The notes under the pieces were generated by a model that searched no databases, was not told the origin of the DNA, and saw nothing but the letters and a program-made list of their open reading frames with translations. DNA of 64,000 nt from Anolis carolinensis (lineage: Eukaryota): assembly GCF_035594765.1 (NCBI RefSeq), contig NC_085842.1, forward strand, positions 78,344,782-78,408,781, given 5' to 3'. Within the stretch, counting starts at the first letter, position 1; every line of letters begins with the position of its first letter. The translations under genes were made by a program, and so were the position numbers. Below, one piece after another: positions 1 through 11,393 of this stretch.

Positions 1-568
1 TACACTTTTGCAGACTGTTTGATTCACTGCTCAGCCAAGTCCCACTCACTCTCAGCCTCAGATGAAGGCAAATCCCTGCTGAATAAATCTTGCCAAGATA
101 CACTTTAAGTTTACCAGAAGTCAGAAATGGCTTGAAGGCATGCAACAACAACCACCTATTATTTGAGCGTTATTTTATACTTTATGTAGACATTAGTTAA
201 TTTTAAATTTTTAATAAAATTTGTCATTTTCATTTATCACAAATAAATGAAGGAGGCGATTTAAGACTTTATACATGGGTGAAAAAAACATGTTTCTCTG
301 ATATGGTTTCAACTAAGAGCTGGTGAGAACAGCATCCAACTTGTAAAAATATTTACAGGTGTCTTAGCATTAAATTATAGTACTAATCATAGTCCTAAAA
401 TCATATATGGTATATAAGGCCATTTTTCTTTAGTCTGTAACAACAGTATGAAAGATTATAATGGCTCAAAATCCTGTTGCACCATGAAATCTCATTACTT
501 TTAAAATAAGAATTTAGAAACCAGCTCTCAAGAAAGTAGTTTTTTTTTTAAAAAAAATCTTATTTTAG

Positions 569-779
569 GAAGCCTATAGTTCCTCAGAAGGAGCCATCTC
601 CACTTCTGGAAAAAAAGATTCAGCAGCTAGAAGCGAAATTTGCTGAATTGGAAGGAGGTGAGGAAGAGATAGAAGAGATGGGGGAAGAGGAAGGTGAAGT
701 CACAGAAGCACCAGCAATGCCTCAGATTCCAACTCCACTCACTAATGAATTAGATATAATGCCGTACACACCACCCCAG
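569..779 (+). CDS. PBRM1: Polybromo-1 internal coding exon (KPIVPQKEPSPLLEKK...MPYTPPQ)
   Basis: AG at 567-568 and GT at 780-781; translation matches the recalled vertebrate PBRM1 segment between BAH2 and the HMG box. Confidence 0.95.
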
Positions 780-1114
780 GTAACATTATTTACATATTCA
801 TGTTGGTGAAACCTTTCCTTTCTCTTCTTCTTTATTTTCTACATGTATGAGGAATGCTTCTTGCTATAGTAAACATACATATGTCCACATATGGCTGGTG
901 ATTATTTTTTCTCAATGCGCTAAATAATTTTGCTGATTTAGCACATCTGGTTTAAATATTATAGTCAAATATGCTTCATGTAGAAATGATTTTATTGGAA
1001 TATTTACAGTAAGGCAAATAGAATAGCATATATTTCTCTTTATGTTTAGCAAAAAAAAGCTGCATCCGAAAGAAAATAATATTTAAGGTCATATAAAGGT
1101 CAAATAATATTTAA

Positions 1115-1531
1115 GGGCTTTTTCGGTGGTGGCTCCGTGGCTGTGGAACTCCTTGCCAAGGGAGATTAGGGAAGCCTCCTCACTCATGTCTTTTAGGAAG
1201 CAGTTGAATACCTGGATATGGAACCAAGCTTTTGGCCCATCCTAGGATATGGGTTGATATGACTTGATGAATTATGTGGATTAATATGAAGTTGAACACG
1301 GACTGGCTCTGACTTTTGGCTCAATTCTACTGCCCCTGTTGTAATGGCCACATGGTTTTTATTGCCTTAATTGGATTTGGATACCGGCTTTTAATTGTGT
1401 TTTATGTTTGGTTTTACTACATTTGTATTATATGTGGCATCTAATTCTGCCATTGTGTAAAACCGCACTGGGTCCCCCTGGGGGAGAAGAGCAGTATATA
1501 AATTGAATAAATAAATAAATAAATAAATAAA
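1115..1531 (+). mobile_element. 5'-truncated L2/CR1-type LINE 3' end with (AAAT)n tail
   Basis: RAFSVVAPWLWNSLPREIREA-like remnant followed by 3'UTR and (AAAT)n. Confidence 0.75.
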
Positions 1532-2394
1532 ATCAAAACTTACCACCTATGTCTTGGCCACTGGTACTTGTGCCTGAAAAGTAAGAGATTTTATGAAACA
1601 AAAACATGTTTTTCAGTTTGTTCATTTTTAGTTTATTCCTCTGAGCCCTAGAGTTTGTCAATATGTGTCTTCAGATTCTAAAGCTTATAAAAATAGAATG
1701 CCATATCTTATATTTAGCCCAGATCATGTAATTTATTGAAGGACTAAAGACCAGACTACTATAGATAAACATTGCACACACACATAAATCCATATGTGGG
1801 AACTTTTCCACAAATACAGCACCAGAAAATGTCCTTGTCCACATCTCTGTTTACAACAAACTTGCTTTTCATGATTTTCATGTCAAGGGGAGAGAACCCT
1901 TTTTGCAATCTATTTGATGTGTATGCTCTTGTAGGTAGATGTTCATTTTCATATGGGCAACCACCATTAAACTGCACACAGATATTTACATATTGGGATA
2001 TTGTGTTTTGTGATTATGCAAAAGAAATACTGTTGTGTGGTAAAGAAAAAAAATCCTTGGCTGCATGCATTATTTTGTTTGATAATTTGCTCTGCCTAAA
2101 TGTTGAAAAGAGTAATTTGGAATGACATTTACTAACCAAATAGAGTCAGCCTTGTAAAGATTTTGTAAATTGGGTTCTTCAAAATCTTTACAAGGTTATG
2201 TAACTAAATAATCCTATGATTTTTCCACCTTAGCCTATATGCTGTCTTTCCATTTAAAGTTATATCAAAGACCATTATAAGAAACTGAAAGATTCTGCCA
2301 TCTTCTTCTTTTTACTTCTAATGTATTTATCATATTTTATATAAATAAATGTTTATTGCTCTATTTATCAAATTATCATACTATTTTTCCATAG

Positions 2395-2596
2395 TCCACT
2401 CCTAAGTCTTCTAAAGGCAGTATAAAGAAGGAAGGATCAAAAAGAAAAATCAATATGAGTGGTTACATTCTATTTAGTAGTGAGATGAGAGCTGTCATTA
2501 AAGCTCAGCACCCAGATTATTCTTTTGGAGAGCTCAGCAGACTTGTTGGAACAGAGTGGAGAAACCTGGAAACCACCAAGAAAGCGGAGTATGAAG
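2395..2596 (+). CDS. PBRM1: Polybromo-1 HMG-box exon (STPKS...KRKINMSGYILFSSEMRAVIKAQHPDYSFGELSRLVGTEWRNLE...EYE)
   Basis: AG/GT boundaries; HMG-box sequence nearly identical to recalled PBRM1. Confidence 0.97.
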
Positions 2597-2724
2597 GTAA
2601 ACCAAAACTGTAGTTGTGTAAAACCTTTTTTTCTTACAGAAAGATTATGTAAGCCTACATGTGTACTGTTGCTTGAGTAGAAGTTATAAAAGAATAGCTG
2701 AACATGTAAAATCCTTTTTTGCAG

Positions 2725-2889
2725 AGCGGGCAGCTAAGGTGGCCGAGCAGCAGGAGAGAGAACGGGCAGCGCAGCAGCAGCAGCAGAATTCCTCCCCAAG
2801 GGCTGGCACTCCAGTTGGGGCCCTAATGGGGGTGGTGCCACCCCCAACTCCTATGGGGATGCTCAACTCACAATTGACACCTGTTGCAG
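2725..2889 (+). CDS. PBRM1: Polybromo-1 exon (ERAAKVAEQQERERAAQQQQ...LTPVA), 165 nt, symmetric phase 1-1
   Basis: tttgcag acceptor and gtaaaa donor; peptide lies within ORF 2661..3002. Confidence 0.95.
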
Positions 2890-4629
2890 GTAAAACCAGA
2901 GATTCAGACCATTTCCCCCTTTTCATCTACTTTACCAGTTTTTATCATAATTGTTTAGTTGTGTCAGTTTGTTGGCGTCCAAGGGAGGGGAGATTCTATT
3001 GAACCTTACGTCTATACATTTAACTACAAATATCCTGATTTCTGAGCATAGATTTTGTTCTCCACTGGAGATAACATCCTTTAATCATAAGCATTGCAAC
3101 CTTATCCTAAATAAGCTTCTAGTAGCAACTTTATTACCAGCCTATTTGTCCAAAGTTTGTATTGAATTTTATCTGTTTACTGTTTCCTTTGAATGGCTGG
3201 AGAATCATCAAACCTTGAAAAGAGTGATTGTGTACTTGATGAAGTTGACTCTAGTCCACACAAAAATTGTGCCACAATGACATTTTTAGTCTTTCAGATT
3301 ATACAAGATGGTTTGATTTTTCTTATGTGGCAGGTCGACAGAATTATCAGGGTTTGGTATTACGCTGTTGTATTTTTGTGAAATATTAATACTGTAAGAA
3401 ATTGTAATTAAAATCTTCATTTGTAGGTATTTTTATGAATTATATTATGAGCAAAAGTTATTTTAGTTATTAGTTGAATTGATCTAAGACCTAAAATATG
3501 CCACTTGCTGTCCTAAGGGGACTGGTGTTTAAAAGCATCTTTAAATATCATGTTGTGGATCATTTTTGTAACTAACATTTCAAAAAGGAACAATGTGATT
3601 CAGACATGTGCATGTCCAAGGTTGGGTCTTATCCTTTCTATTTCCAGGATATCGTGAAGAAAAAGTTCAGTACTTTTCATTTCCATTTAAATGTGGTTCA
3701 TCACATGGAAGTTGTGAAACTCGAGGCGACATAAATTATGATTTAGGGCACACGAGCTTCAGATTGTTTTACAACTGCCTCTCAAACAAGGAATAAACGT
3801 GATCTTTACAATTTGGTGTGCATTTTTTAATTCCTGAGTCAGATTTAGTATATTTCTACCAACTCTGATTGCACCCAAAATTTTTCACATTCCAAATCTT
3901 TGACGGTGGCTCCATAGCCCTGCTCAAGATTCCTCCAACTCTCCTCAGACACAAAGCCTTCCTTTTTTTCCCAAAAACTCTCCTTTATCCTGCTGTTCCA
4001 GAACTATATCTACTTTATCTTCACCTCAAAATAATGCATGATACTTTAATTTCTCTAATATGTTAAAGTAAGCACCCATTGAAGACAGGGAAGTGTACTG
4101 TGAAAAACACAACTCTCTGGCATTGTTTATTTAACAGCATAATGACTTATTTATAATTCTGAAAAGCTATGTAAGAAATTATAATTGTACACTTCATTTT
4201 CTTTCTTGAACATATTAGTGTCACCCTACATAAAATTAAATATTATGAGTTTTAATGATCTATCATTAATGAGAATTGAGACGGAATAAAGGTTGAATTA
4301 AGTTCCCTTGAATAGATTTAAAAGAAATAATTAAACAAATTGAATGTTGCATTTTAAATATAATATTTTGTGTTGGGCTACAATACTGTTCCACAATTTT
4401 GGGTGTGCATGTTAACAATGTCATATCAGTTCATACGACTGACATAACATTTTGCATTTGCTTGCTGTAATAACGATTGATGCCAAATACTCTGTTTCGT
4501 TCTAAAAAGGTGCCAATAGTTTAAATATTAATTTGATCCAAATGCACTCTTTGGCATTATAACATTGTTCACTTTTTTACAACATACTAATGTGTATGGC
4601 AGTATTTGAAAACACTTATGTTTGAGTAG

Positions 4630-4675
4630 TGCATGTTATTACTATTTGAATAATTTTGCATGTCATTGATGCATG
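4630..4675 (+). promoter_or_regulatory. Cluster of three RBFOX-type TGCATG splicing elements upstream of the 147-nt PBRM1 exon
   Basis: TGCATG at 4630, 4657 and 4670; further copies at 3609, 4035 and 4406. Confidence 0.7.
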
Positions 4676-4700
4676 TTTGAAATTTGTTGTGTTCCTCAAG

Positions 4701-4847
4701 GCATGATGGGTGGGTATCCACCAGTGCTGCCACCTTTACAGGGCCCACTTGATGGCATTATTAGCATGGGTAGCATGCCACCACTTCACCCCGGGGTGCC
4801 TCCACCCCATCAGCTTCCACCAGGCATGTCAGGCATCCCACCACCGG
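4701..4847 (+). CDS. PBRM1: Polybromo-1 proline-rich exon (GMMGGYPPVLPPLQGP...GIPPP), 147 nt, symmetric phase 1-1, likely cassette exon
   Basis: ctcaag acceptor and gtaaga donor; peptide lies within ORF 4673..4948. Confidence 0.95.
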
Positions 4848-4975
4848 GTAAGAAGGACCTCCTCATTCATTCATTATCTTACCTTTCTGCTCTCTTTCTC
4901 CATTTAACCAAATACTGTGGGAAACAATGGCATCTTGTGCATTTGTAGCTTAGTTTCATGATTCATCCTGAATTT

Positions 4976-5152
4976 TTTCTTCGTGTACTCTGTGAATGCA
5001 CACTAATGGAGAACGCTGCGCCTGCGCAGGCTCCAACGGATACTCTTCCAAGCTAAAGTTTGAAATTTGGCGGTAACCCCGCCCCTCTCCCCAGAGGGTA
5101 TAAAGGGCGCCCTCCGCGCCCGCTCTCTGGTTCCTTTTTTTCCGCCGCAAAG
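4976..5152 (+). repeat. DIRS left inverted terminal repeat with promoter-like motifs (NRF1-like TGCGCCTGCGCA 5017-5028, GC box ~5078, TATAAA 5099-5104)
   Basis: Reverse complement of 15928-16100 with few differences. Confidence 0.93.
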
Positions 5153-5175
5153 CTCACTTCGGACTCTTCATTCTT

Positions 5176-6489
5176 ATGTCGACCACGCGTTTTAAGCGGT
5201 GCACTCAGTGTGCCGCTAAGATTCCAGATTCCGACGGTCACGCTAAGTGCCTTTTCTGTCTCGGCGAAAGCCACATCGTGGGTACCTGCTGCTTTTGCCT
5301 GGCCTTTACAGCTCAGGCCCGAAGAAATAGAGCTGCGAGACTCCGCGCAGCTCTTTACGAAAAAACTCTTGCTCCTGAGGCTTCTACTTCCACCTCGGCC
5401 TCGATGGTGTCAAGGCCTGCTCCGTCGGTATCATCCAAAACCTCGAAAACTTCAAGACCAAAACCGGCCAAACCGCCCTGCACGGTGACCACCGCTACGG
5501 TTTCCACCCGGTCGGGCAAAATGGGCCCTTCATCGACTTCGAGTTCGGTGGCTTCGGCCATTTCCACTCGATCCCGCCTGGCTTCGCCGCCATCTTCTTC
5601 CGCCATGAAGATTGCCTTCAAGAGGGCTCAGGAGGAATCCAGACGGGCCCAATCTGACTCAGCAGCTGTGTGCCCGATCCCCCCGACGCCGGGAAAATCG
5701 CTGAGGGTCGCGTCGAAGCAACCTCCAGCAAAGAAACGAATGATCCAGAGGTCGTCCTCCTCAGCGTCTTCGAAGAAGGACGTCCCCTCCTCTGTGGCTT
5801 CCTCTAGGAGATCCTCTCTTATCCAACCAGCACAACGCCTCCGCTCCTCTTCCTCTCCTCATGGTCAGTCCTCAGATGCGGACGCTCAAGCCTCCCCCGA
5901 CCGGTCGGTCAGGACAGTTATTAAGGATCCCCAGCCGACACCATCTCGTCTTCCGGCTCGACAAGAACTTTTTCCCCCGGCTCAAACACCCGAGAGGGGT
6001 AGACAGATGACGCGTTTAGCCCGTGCCGCCCAGGCTTCCGCGTCCAAGGGCGTTCGTCCACAGCCGGCTCCCGCTGCTCCTGAGGTGATACCTCATCAGG
6101 ACTCTGCGCATGTTTCTCCTCCCCGGTCCCCTCAAGGGCCCGAGGAGGATGACCCCGATATCGAACACCCCGAGTCGATCCTCTCCGCCTCCGTTGTCTC
6201 TCTCGTTCTCGACCTCTCCCCGCCTCACGACGCCTACGAGGTCGACCCACCTTCCCCGACGGATAATATCCGGGCTTTCTCCGACCAGATGGTCAGAATG
6301 GCAGATGCTCTGGGGATGGAAATTAAGCAAACCTCAAAAGCTGTTACCGACCCCGTTTTCAAGAGGGTCCAAGCCCAAGCCCCCCCAGCCACCTTGCTGC
6401 CTTTTCTTCCATACCTCCTGGACGTAATCCAGGCATCTTGGAAGACTCCATCTTCGATACATCCAACCTCTAAGAAAATAGAGGCCTGA
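5176..6489 (+). CDS. DIRS ORF1 (gag-like), N-terminal part with Cys/His zinc finger; truncated by the L1 insertion
   Basis: FKRCTQC...DGHAKCLFCLGESH...CCFC motif typical of vertebrate DIRS ORF1; the stop is created at the L1 junction. Confidence 0.88.
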   Translation: MSTTRFKRCTQCAAKIPDSDGHAKCLFCLGESHIVGTCCFCLAFTAQARRNRAARLRAALYEKTLAPEASTSTSASMVSRPAPSVSSKTSKTSRPKPAKPPCTVTTATVSTRSGKMGPSSTSSSVASAISTRSRLASPPSSSAMKIAFKRAQEESRRAQSDSAAVCPIPPTPGKSLRVASKQPPAKKRMIQRSSSSASSKKDVPSSVASSRRSSLIQPAQRLRSSSSPHGQSSDADAQASPDRSVRTVIKDPQPTPSRLPARQELFPPAQTPERGRQMTRLARAAQASASKGVRPQPAPAAPEVIPHQDSAHVSPPRSPQGPEEDDPDIEHPESILSASVVSLVLDLSPPHDAYEVDPPSPTDNIRAFSDQMVRMADALGMEIKQTSKAVTDPVFKRVQAQAPPATLLPFLPYLLDVIQASWKTPSSIHPTSKKIEA

Positions 6490-6580
6490 GCCATATACTG
6501 GCGGAGAGTTTGATTCATAATTACAATATAACAATAAAACAACATAGCAAGGAACAAATAATAGTACGTAAGAGAGGAGT

Positions 6581-7648
6581 ATGGCAACTTTCAAGGGAAA
6601 GCTGGATAAAGATTGGAAAGAGCTGAAAACAGGTCAAAGAAGGAACTCGATCCCGGCCCCGGATGAAGTAAACTTGAAAGATCTTTTGAGAGAGATCCAA
6701 CGGGTCTCGGAGAAACAAGACCTGCTACAGAAGGACATTCAAGCCATTGCCAGTAAACAAGACTTGCAACAAAAATTATTTCAAGAAGAACTGACTGAGT
6801 TAAAAAAAGAGCTGAGAGAGGAGATGTACACAATCAAAAGTGAGGTGCAAAAAAACTCAAAGGACATTCTTGAACTGAGAGATGAGAAAGTAAAAGAGGA
6901 AAGAACACGAAGTAAACTACAAAGGAGAGTAGAAGGGATTGAAGCTAAGAATAGTAAATTAGAAAAATTACAGGAAAAGATGGAATTAAACGAAACGGAA
7001 TTCCAACTGAGATTTAGGAATGTCCAGGAAGAGGCTAAGGAGAATATCAGAAGCACCATAATTAGTCTAGTAGCAAAAGCTATGAACAGCAGCGAACAGG
7101 AAACCAGTGCTCAGATTGATAGAGCATATAGAATAAACACGAACTATGCAAAAAAAAATAAAGTGGCTAGGGATGTAATTGTCCATTTCGCAAGAAAAAA
7201 CTATAGAGACGAATTACTGAGGAATAATAAAAGCAATCCAATTATCCACAAAGACCGAAGAGTTGCGGTATTAAAAGAGTTTCCACTATCTATATTAAAC
7301 AGACGTAGGAACTACTTCTTTCTTACGGACGAATTAAAGAGACTGCAAATAAAATTCCGGTGGGAGAAATACGAGGGGATTATGGTGACCTACAATGGTG
7401 AAAAAAATTGGATTACTTCTGAAGAGAAGGCAGACGAGTTTTACCGAAAATTGAAGAAAGATTTATCCCAAAAGAAACAACTGGAATCGGCAGAAAAGGA
7501 AAAAAATCCCAAGGACACAAAAAAAAGAAGATTCGACTCTCCCAAAGAAGCTGAGGAGCTATTGATCCAGTTTTCAAAGGACAAAGAGACTGAGGACTTA
7601 TCGGATAGCGTGGAGGAAGTAGAAGAGGAGATAGCGGCAAATGAATGA
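6581..7648 (+). CDS. L1 ORF1p (coiled coil, RRM and CTD; 355 aa)
   Basis: Heptad-rich N-terminus; LRFRNVQEE, IDRAYRI and RDVIVHF motifs of L1 ORF1. Confidence 0.93.
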   Translation: MATFKGKLDKDWKELKTGQRRNSIPAPDEVNLKDLLREIQRVSEKQDLLQKDIQAIASKQDLQQKLFQEELTELKKELREEMYTIKSEVQKNSKDILELRDEKVKEERTRSKLQRRVEGIEAKNSKLEKLQEKMELNETEFQLRFRNVQEEAKENIRSTIISLVAKAMNSSEQETSAQIDRAYRINTNYAKKNKVARDVIVHFARKNYRDELLRNNKSNPIIHKDRRVAVLKEFPLSILNRRRNYFFLTDELKRLQIKFRWEKYEGIMVTYNGEKNWITSEEKADEFYRKLKKDLSQKKQLESAEKEKNPKDTKKRRFDSPKEAEELLIQFSKDKETEDLSDSVEEVEEEIAANE

Positions 7649-10600
7649 TTTTAACCAATCAATAAAGGTTTTCTCAAACAACATCAACGGTCTGAATGCG
7701 CCCACAAAGAGAAAAAGGGTATATAATTATCTAAAAAAGAATAACTTTGATGTAATTGCTTTACAAGAAGTGCACATCAAACAAAGCCAGGCCAAATATT
7801 TGTTTAATGACAACCTGGGAAAGTTATACCACTCTCTAGACCGGGAGAAGAAGAAAAAAGGAGTGGCCCTGTATATTAACAATAAATTAAATCCATCTTT
7901 AGAATTTAAAGATAATGAGGGTAGAATAGTAGCAGCGAAAATTGAATCAAATTCAGAAACAATTTTAATTTGTAATATTTATGCACCTAACGGGCCAAAA
8001 AGAAAGTTTGTCAAAAATTTAAGAAACCATATTAGGGAGAGTGATTTTAATCACATTATTATAATGGGGGACTTCAATGGTATATTGGAAAAAAACAGAG
8101 ATAAAAAAGCACATAAAAAGACCATAACAAACAACATGTTACCACAGAATTTTATAGATCTAAAGAATGAATATGACCTCCACGATTCGTGGAGATTGAG
8201 AAACCCCACCCAATTAGATTATACATTCTATTCAAGTCGTCACAACTCGTGGTCAAGAATCGACATGATTTGGGTGTCTAAATTGTTAACCACTAAAATA
8301 AATAAGGTAGAAATTATGGCTAGAGATTTATCTGATCACGGTGCTATGTTAATGGAAATCAATAAGAAAAAAATAAATTTGAAATGGAGATTAGACGATA
8401 ATTTAATTAAAAGAGAAGAGGACATCGTTAAAATTAGGCAAATGACGAAAGAATATTTTAAATTTAATAATATTCAAGAGTCTGACCCACTAATTATATG
8501 GGACGCATACAAGGCAGTGGCCAGAGGGTTCTTTATTCAGCAAAAGAAGTTGAAAACGAGAACGAAAAAGGAGAATTTAAAAAGATTACAAATTCAAATA
8601 GAGCAAAAGGAAAAAGCACTTAAAGCGAATCCGGGTAACAATAAAATAAACCAGCAGTTGACCATTTTTAGGAACCAGAAAAAAAACCTCGAATTAGATA
8701 ACTTAGCAAACCAGATAAAGTGGGCAAAGCAATATTCATTTGAAAACGCTAACAAGCCTGGAAAGTGGCTTGCTAGATTATTAAGGAAGAAAAGGTATAG
8801 TCAACAAGTACTAAAAATTAATTCGCAAGGGAGAACAGTGTATACTGATGAGGAAATAAAGGAAGAATTTAAAAAGTATTATGAGCAACTGTACGAAAAG
8901 GAAGGGATCAGCCAGGAGGAAATAGTAAAATATTTATGCAAGCAAAAATTGCAAAAGATAACAGATGAGCAACGATTAGACTTAAATAAAGCAATAACAC
9001 CCGAAGAAGTGAAAGAAGCGATAAAAGAAACAGAAGCAAACAAAGCGCCCGGATTAGACGGGTTTATAGCTGGGTTTTACAAAATTGAACAGGAGGAGGT
9101 TATTGCACATTTGGTGCAAATAATGAATTTGGTCTTAACAGAAAGTATTATCCCAAAAACGTGGAGTGAAGCGGAGATAATAATGATCCATAAGGAAGGG
9201 AAAGATCAAAGTGATGTTAAAAATTATCGACCAATAGCGCTGCTAAATACGGATTACAAACTCTTTACAAAAATTATGGCAAAAAGATTATCAAAATTTT
9301 TAAACAATTGGATCGCAGACGACCAGTCAGGCTTCTTACCAAACCGCAGCACAAAAGATAACATCAGGATAATAATTGACGCAATTGAATATTACGAGTA
9401 TAATCACCAAAAGACAGTAGGCTTTCTCGCACTAGATGCTGAGAAAGCTTTTGACCAGTTGAATTGGGATTTCATAAAATTGCTATTACGAGAATTAGAT
9501 ATGGGGGCACAGTTTCAAAATACTATAAATGCTATATATACCCAGCAAGGAGCTATCATTAGAGTAAACGGTCAGACGTCGGGAAAATTCAATATTAATA
9601 GAGGAGCTAGACAGGGCTGTCCACTCTCGCCGTTGATTTTCATAATGACCCTAGAAATTTTATTGCGTTCCATAAGGGAAGATAGCAAGTTAGTAGGAAT
9701 TAAAGTAGATAGTCAGGAAATAAAAGCCAGAGCATTCGCGGATGATGTAATCTGCATAATAGAAAACCCTAGGGATAATACAAGAATTTGGCTAAATAAA
9801 ATTGAAGAATTTGGAAAATTGGCAGGGTTCAAAATTAATAAAGACAAATCAGTAATGTTGACAAAGAATCTGACATCACAGGACTTGGAAATAATAAAGA
9901 AAGAAACGGGACTCCAATTTGCAAACAAAATTAAATATTTAGGCATCTGGATTGCGTCAAAAAATAATCGCTTGCTGGAACTTAATTACGTGAGGAAATG
10001 GAAAGAAATAAAAAAAGATCTGGAGGAATGGAAAAATTTAAAAATATCTCTGTTAGGCAGAATAGCGACAGTAAAAATGTCAGTCCTTCCAAAGATGCTG
10101 TACTTATTCAGGAACATTCCCATAATAAGGAACAATCAAATATTCAACAATTGGAATAAAGACATAAGAAAATTTGTGTGGAACAATAAAAGACCCAGGA
10201 TCAAGCTCTCGACGATGCTAACTCCCAAAGAAAGAGGGGGACTTGATTTGCCAGACCTCAAATTATACCACGAGGCCTGTGCTTTAGATTGGATTAGAGA
10301 TTGGGCGAACTTAAAAAAAGCGAAAATTTTATCATTAGAAGGCTATAATTTAAGAAGGGGCTGGCATGGGTATTTATGGTATGGTAAACATAAAATTGAA
10401 AGGAATTTTGGTAATCATTTTGTGAGATCGGCGCTACTAAAAACTTGGACTAAGTATAAAAGATTTTTCTATGAAAAGACTCCGCTGTGGCTCTCGCCGT
10501 TAGAAGCATATCAGAGACGAGAATTAGGGTGGATATCCTGGCCAACGTATAAGGAGGTGTTAAACTGGTCAAACAGGAATGGATTACCAGAGATAAAGAA

Positions 10601-11393
10601 GTTAGAAGAAATTCAAATCAAATATAAGAATATATCATGGCTACATTATTACCAATTAAGAGATTGTTTTAGGGCTGATAAAAAACAAGGTTTTAGTCCA
10701 TCTGATGAGTTTTGGGATATTATTTTACAAAGAGAGAAAAAGGTATTAACTAATTTATACAATAAATTAGTGGAGTGGAACACGGAAAAGGAAGTAATAA
10801 AGGAATCAATGCTAAAATGGTCAAGAGATATAAACAGGCCAATTCTACTAAATGAATGGGAGGCGATTTGGAATAAGAAAATCAAATACTGCCGGGCCAC
10901 TGACCTCAAGGAAAACTGGATTAAAATCATTCATAGGTGGTACCTGACACCTAAAAAAATTGCCTTAATGTATAACAATATTGATAACAAATGTTGGAGG
11001 TGTAAAGAGCAGGTGGGGTCTTACTTCCACATGTGGTGGAGCTGTAAAAAAGTTAAAAAGTTCTGGTCTATAATTAACGTGGAAAGTAGGAAAATTCTGA
11101 AAATAAATTTGGAATGCAAACCTGAATACTATTTATTAGGGCTATACAATATCTTCGAAAATGAGAATAAAGTAGAAGCGAAAAACAAGGAGAATTTAGA
11201 TAAAATTTATACTTATTTAATAACGGCTGCGAGACTGGTAATTGCCAAAGATTGGAAGAATGCAGAAACCCCTACGAGAGAGATGTGGCTAAACAAAGTC
11301 ATGGATATTAAGAACATGGACAAGTTAACTTTTTTGATTGAAACGGACTGGACACTATTTGAAGACTATGTAGAAGAAGAGCTAAGAAGATGA
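7641..11393 (+). CDS. L1 ORF2p (APE endonuclease, reverse transcriptase, CCHC domain; 1250 aa)
   Basis: NINGLN, LQEVH, NIYAPN, GDFN and SDH (EN); YRPIALLN, DAEKAFD, QGCPLSP and FADD (RT); CWRC...HMWWSC. Confidence 0.96.
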   Translation: MNDFNQSIKVFSNNINGLNAPTKRKRVYNYLKKNNFDVIALQEVHIKQSQAKYLFNDNLGKLYHSLDREKKKKGVALYINNKLNPSLEFKDNEGRIVAAKIESNSETILICNIYAPNGPKRKFVKNLRNHIRESDFNHIIIMGDFNGILEKNRDKKAHKKTITNNMLPQNFIDLKNEYDLHDSWRLRNPTQLDYTFYSSRHNSWSRIDMIWVSKLLTTKINKVEIMARDLSDHGAMLMEINKKKINLKWRLDDNLIKREEDIVKIRQMTKEYFKFNNIQESDPLIIWDAYKAVARGFFIQQKKLKTRTKKENLKRLQIQIEQKEKALKANPGNNKINQQLTIFRNQKKNLELDNLANQIKWAKQYSFENANKPGKWLARLLRKKRYSQQVLKINSQGRTVYTDEEIKEEFKKYYEQLYEKEGISQEEIVKYLCKQKLQKITDEQRLDLNKAITPEEVKEAIKETEANKAPGLDGFIAGFYKIEQEEVIAHLVQIMNLVLTESIIPKTWSEAEIIMIHKEGKDQSDVKNYRPIALLNTDYKLFTKIMAKRLSKFLNNWIADDQSGFLPNRSTKDNIRIIIDAIEYYEYNHQKTVGFLALDAEKAFDQLNWDFIKLLLRELDMGAQFQNTINAIYTQQGAIIRVNGQTSGKFNINRGARQGCPLSPLIFIMTLEILLRSIREDSKLVGIKVDSQEIKARAFADDVICIIENPRDNTRIWLNKIEEFGKLAGFKINKDKSVMLTKNLTSQDLEIIKKETGLQFANKIKYLGIWIASKNNRLLELNYVRKWKEIKKDLEEWKNLKISLLGRIATVKMSVLPKMLYLFRNIPIIRNNQIFNNWNKDIRKFVWNNKRPRIKLSTMLTPKERGGLDLPDLKLYHEACALDWIRDWANLKKAKILSLEGYNLRRGWHGYLWYGKHKIERNFGNHFVRSALLKTWTKYKRFFYEKTPLWLSPLEAYQRRELGWISWPTYKEVLNWSNRNGLPEIKKLEEIQIKYKNISWLHYYQLRDCFRADKKQGFSPSDEFWDIILQREKKVLTNLYNKLVEWNTEKEVIKESMLKWSRDINRPILLNEWEAIWNKKIKYCRATDLKENWIKIIHRWYLTPKKIALMYNNIDNKCWRCKEQVGSYFHMWWSCKKVKKFWSIINVESRKILKINLECKPEYYLLGLYNIFENENKVEAKNKENLDKIYTYLITAARLVIAKDWKNAETPTREMWLNKVMDIKNMDKLTFLIETDWTLFEDYVEEELRR

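Noticed and set aside
5176-6489. 437-aa ORF as a host zinc-finger gene
   Set aside because: It lies inside the DIRS ITRs and joins in frame to 11660-12404 once the L1 is removed.
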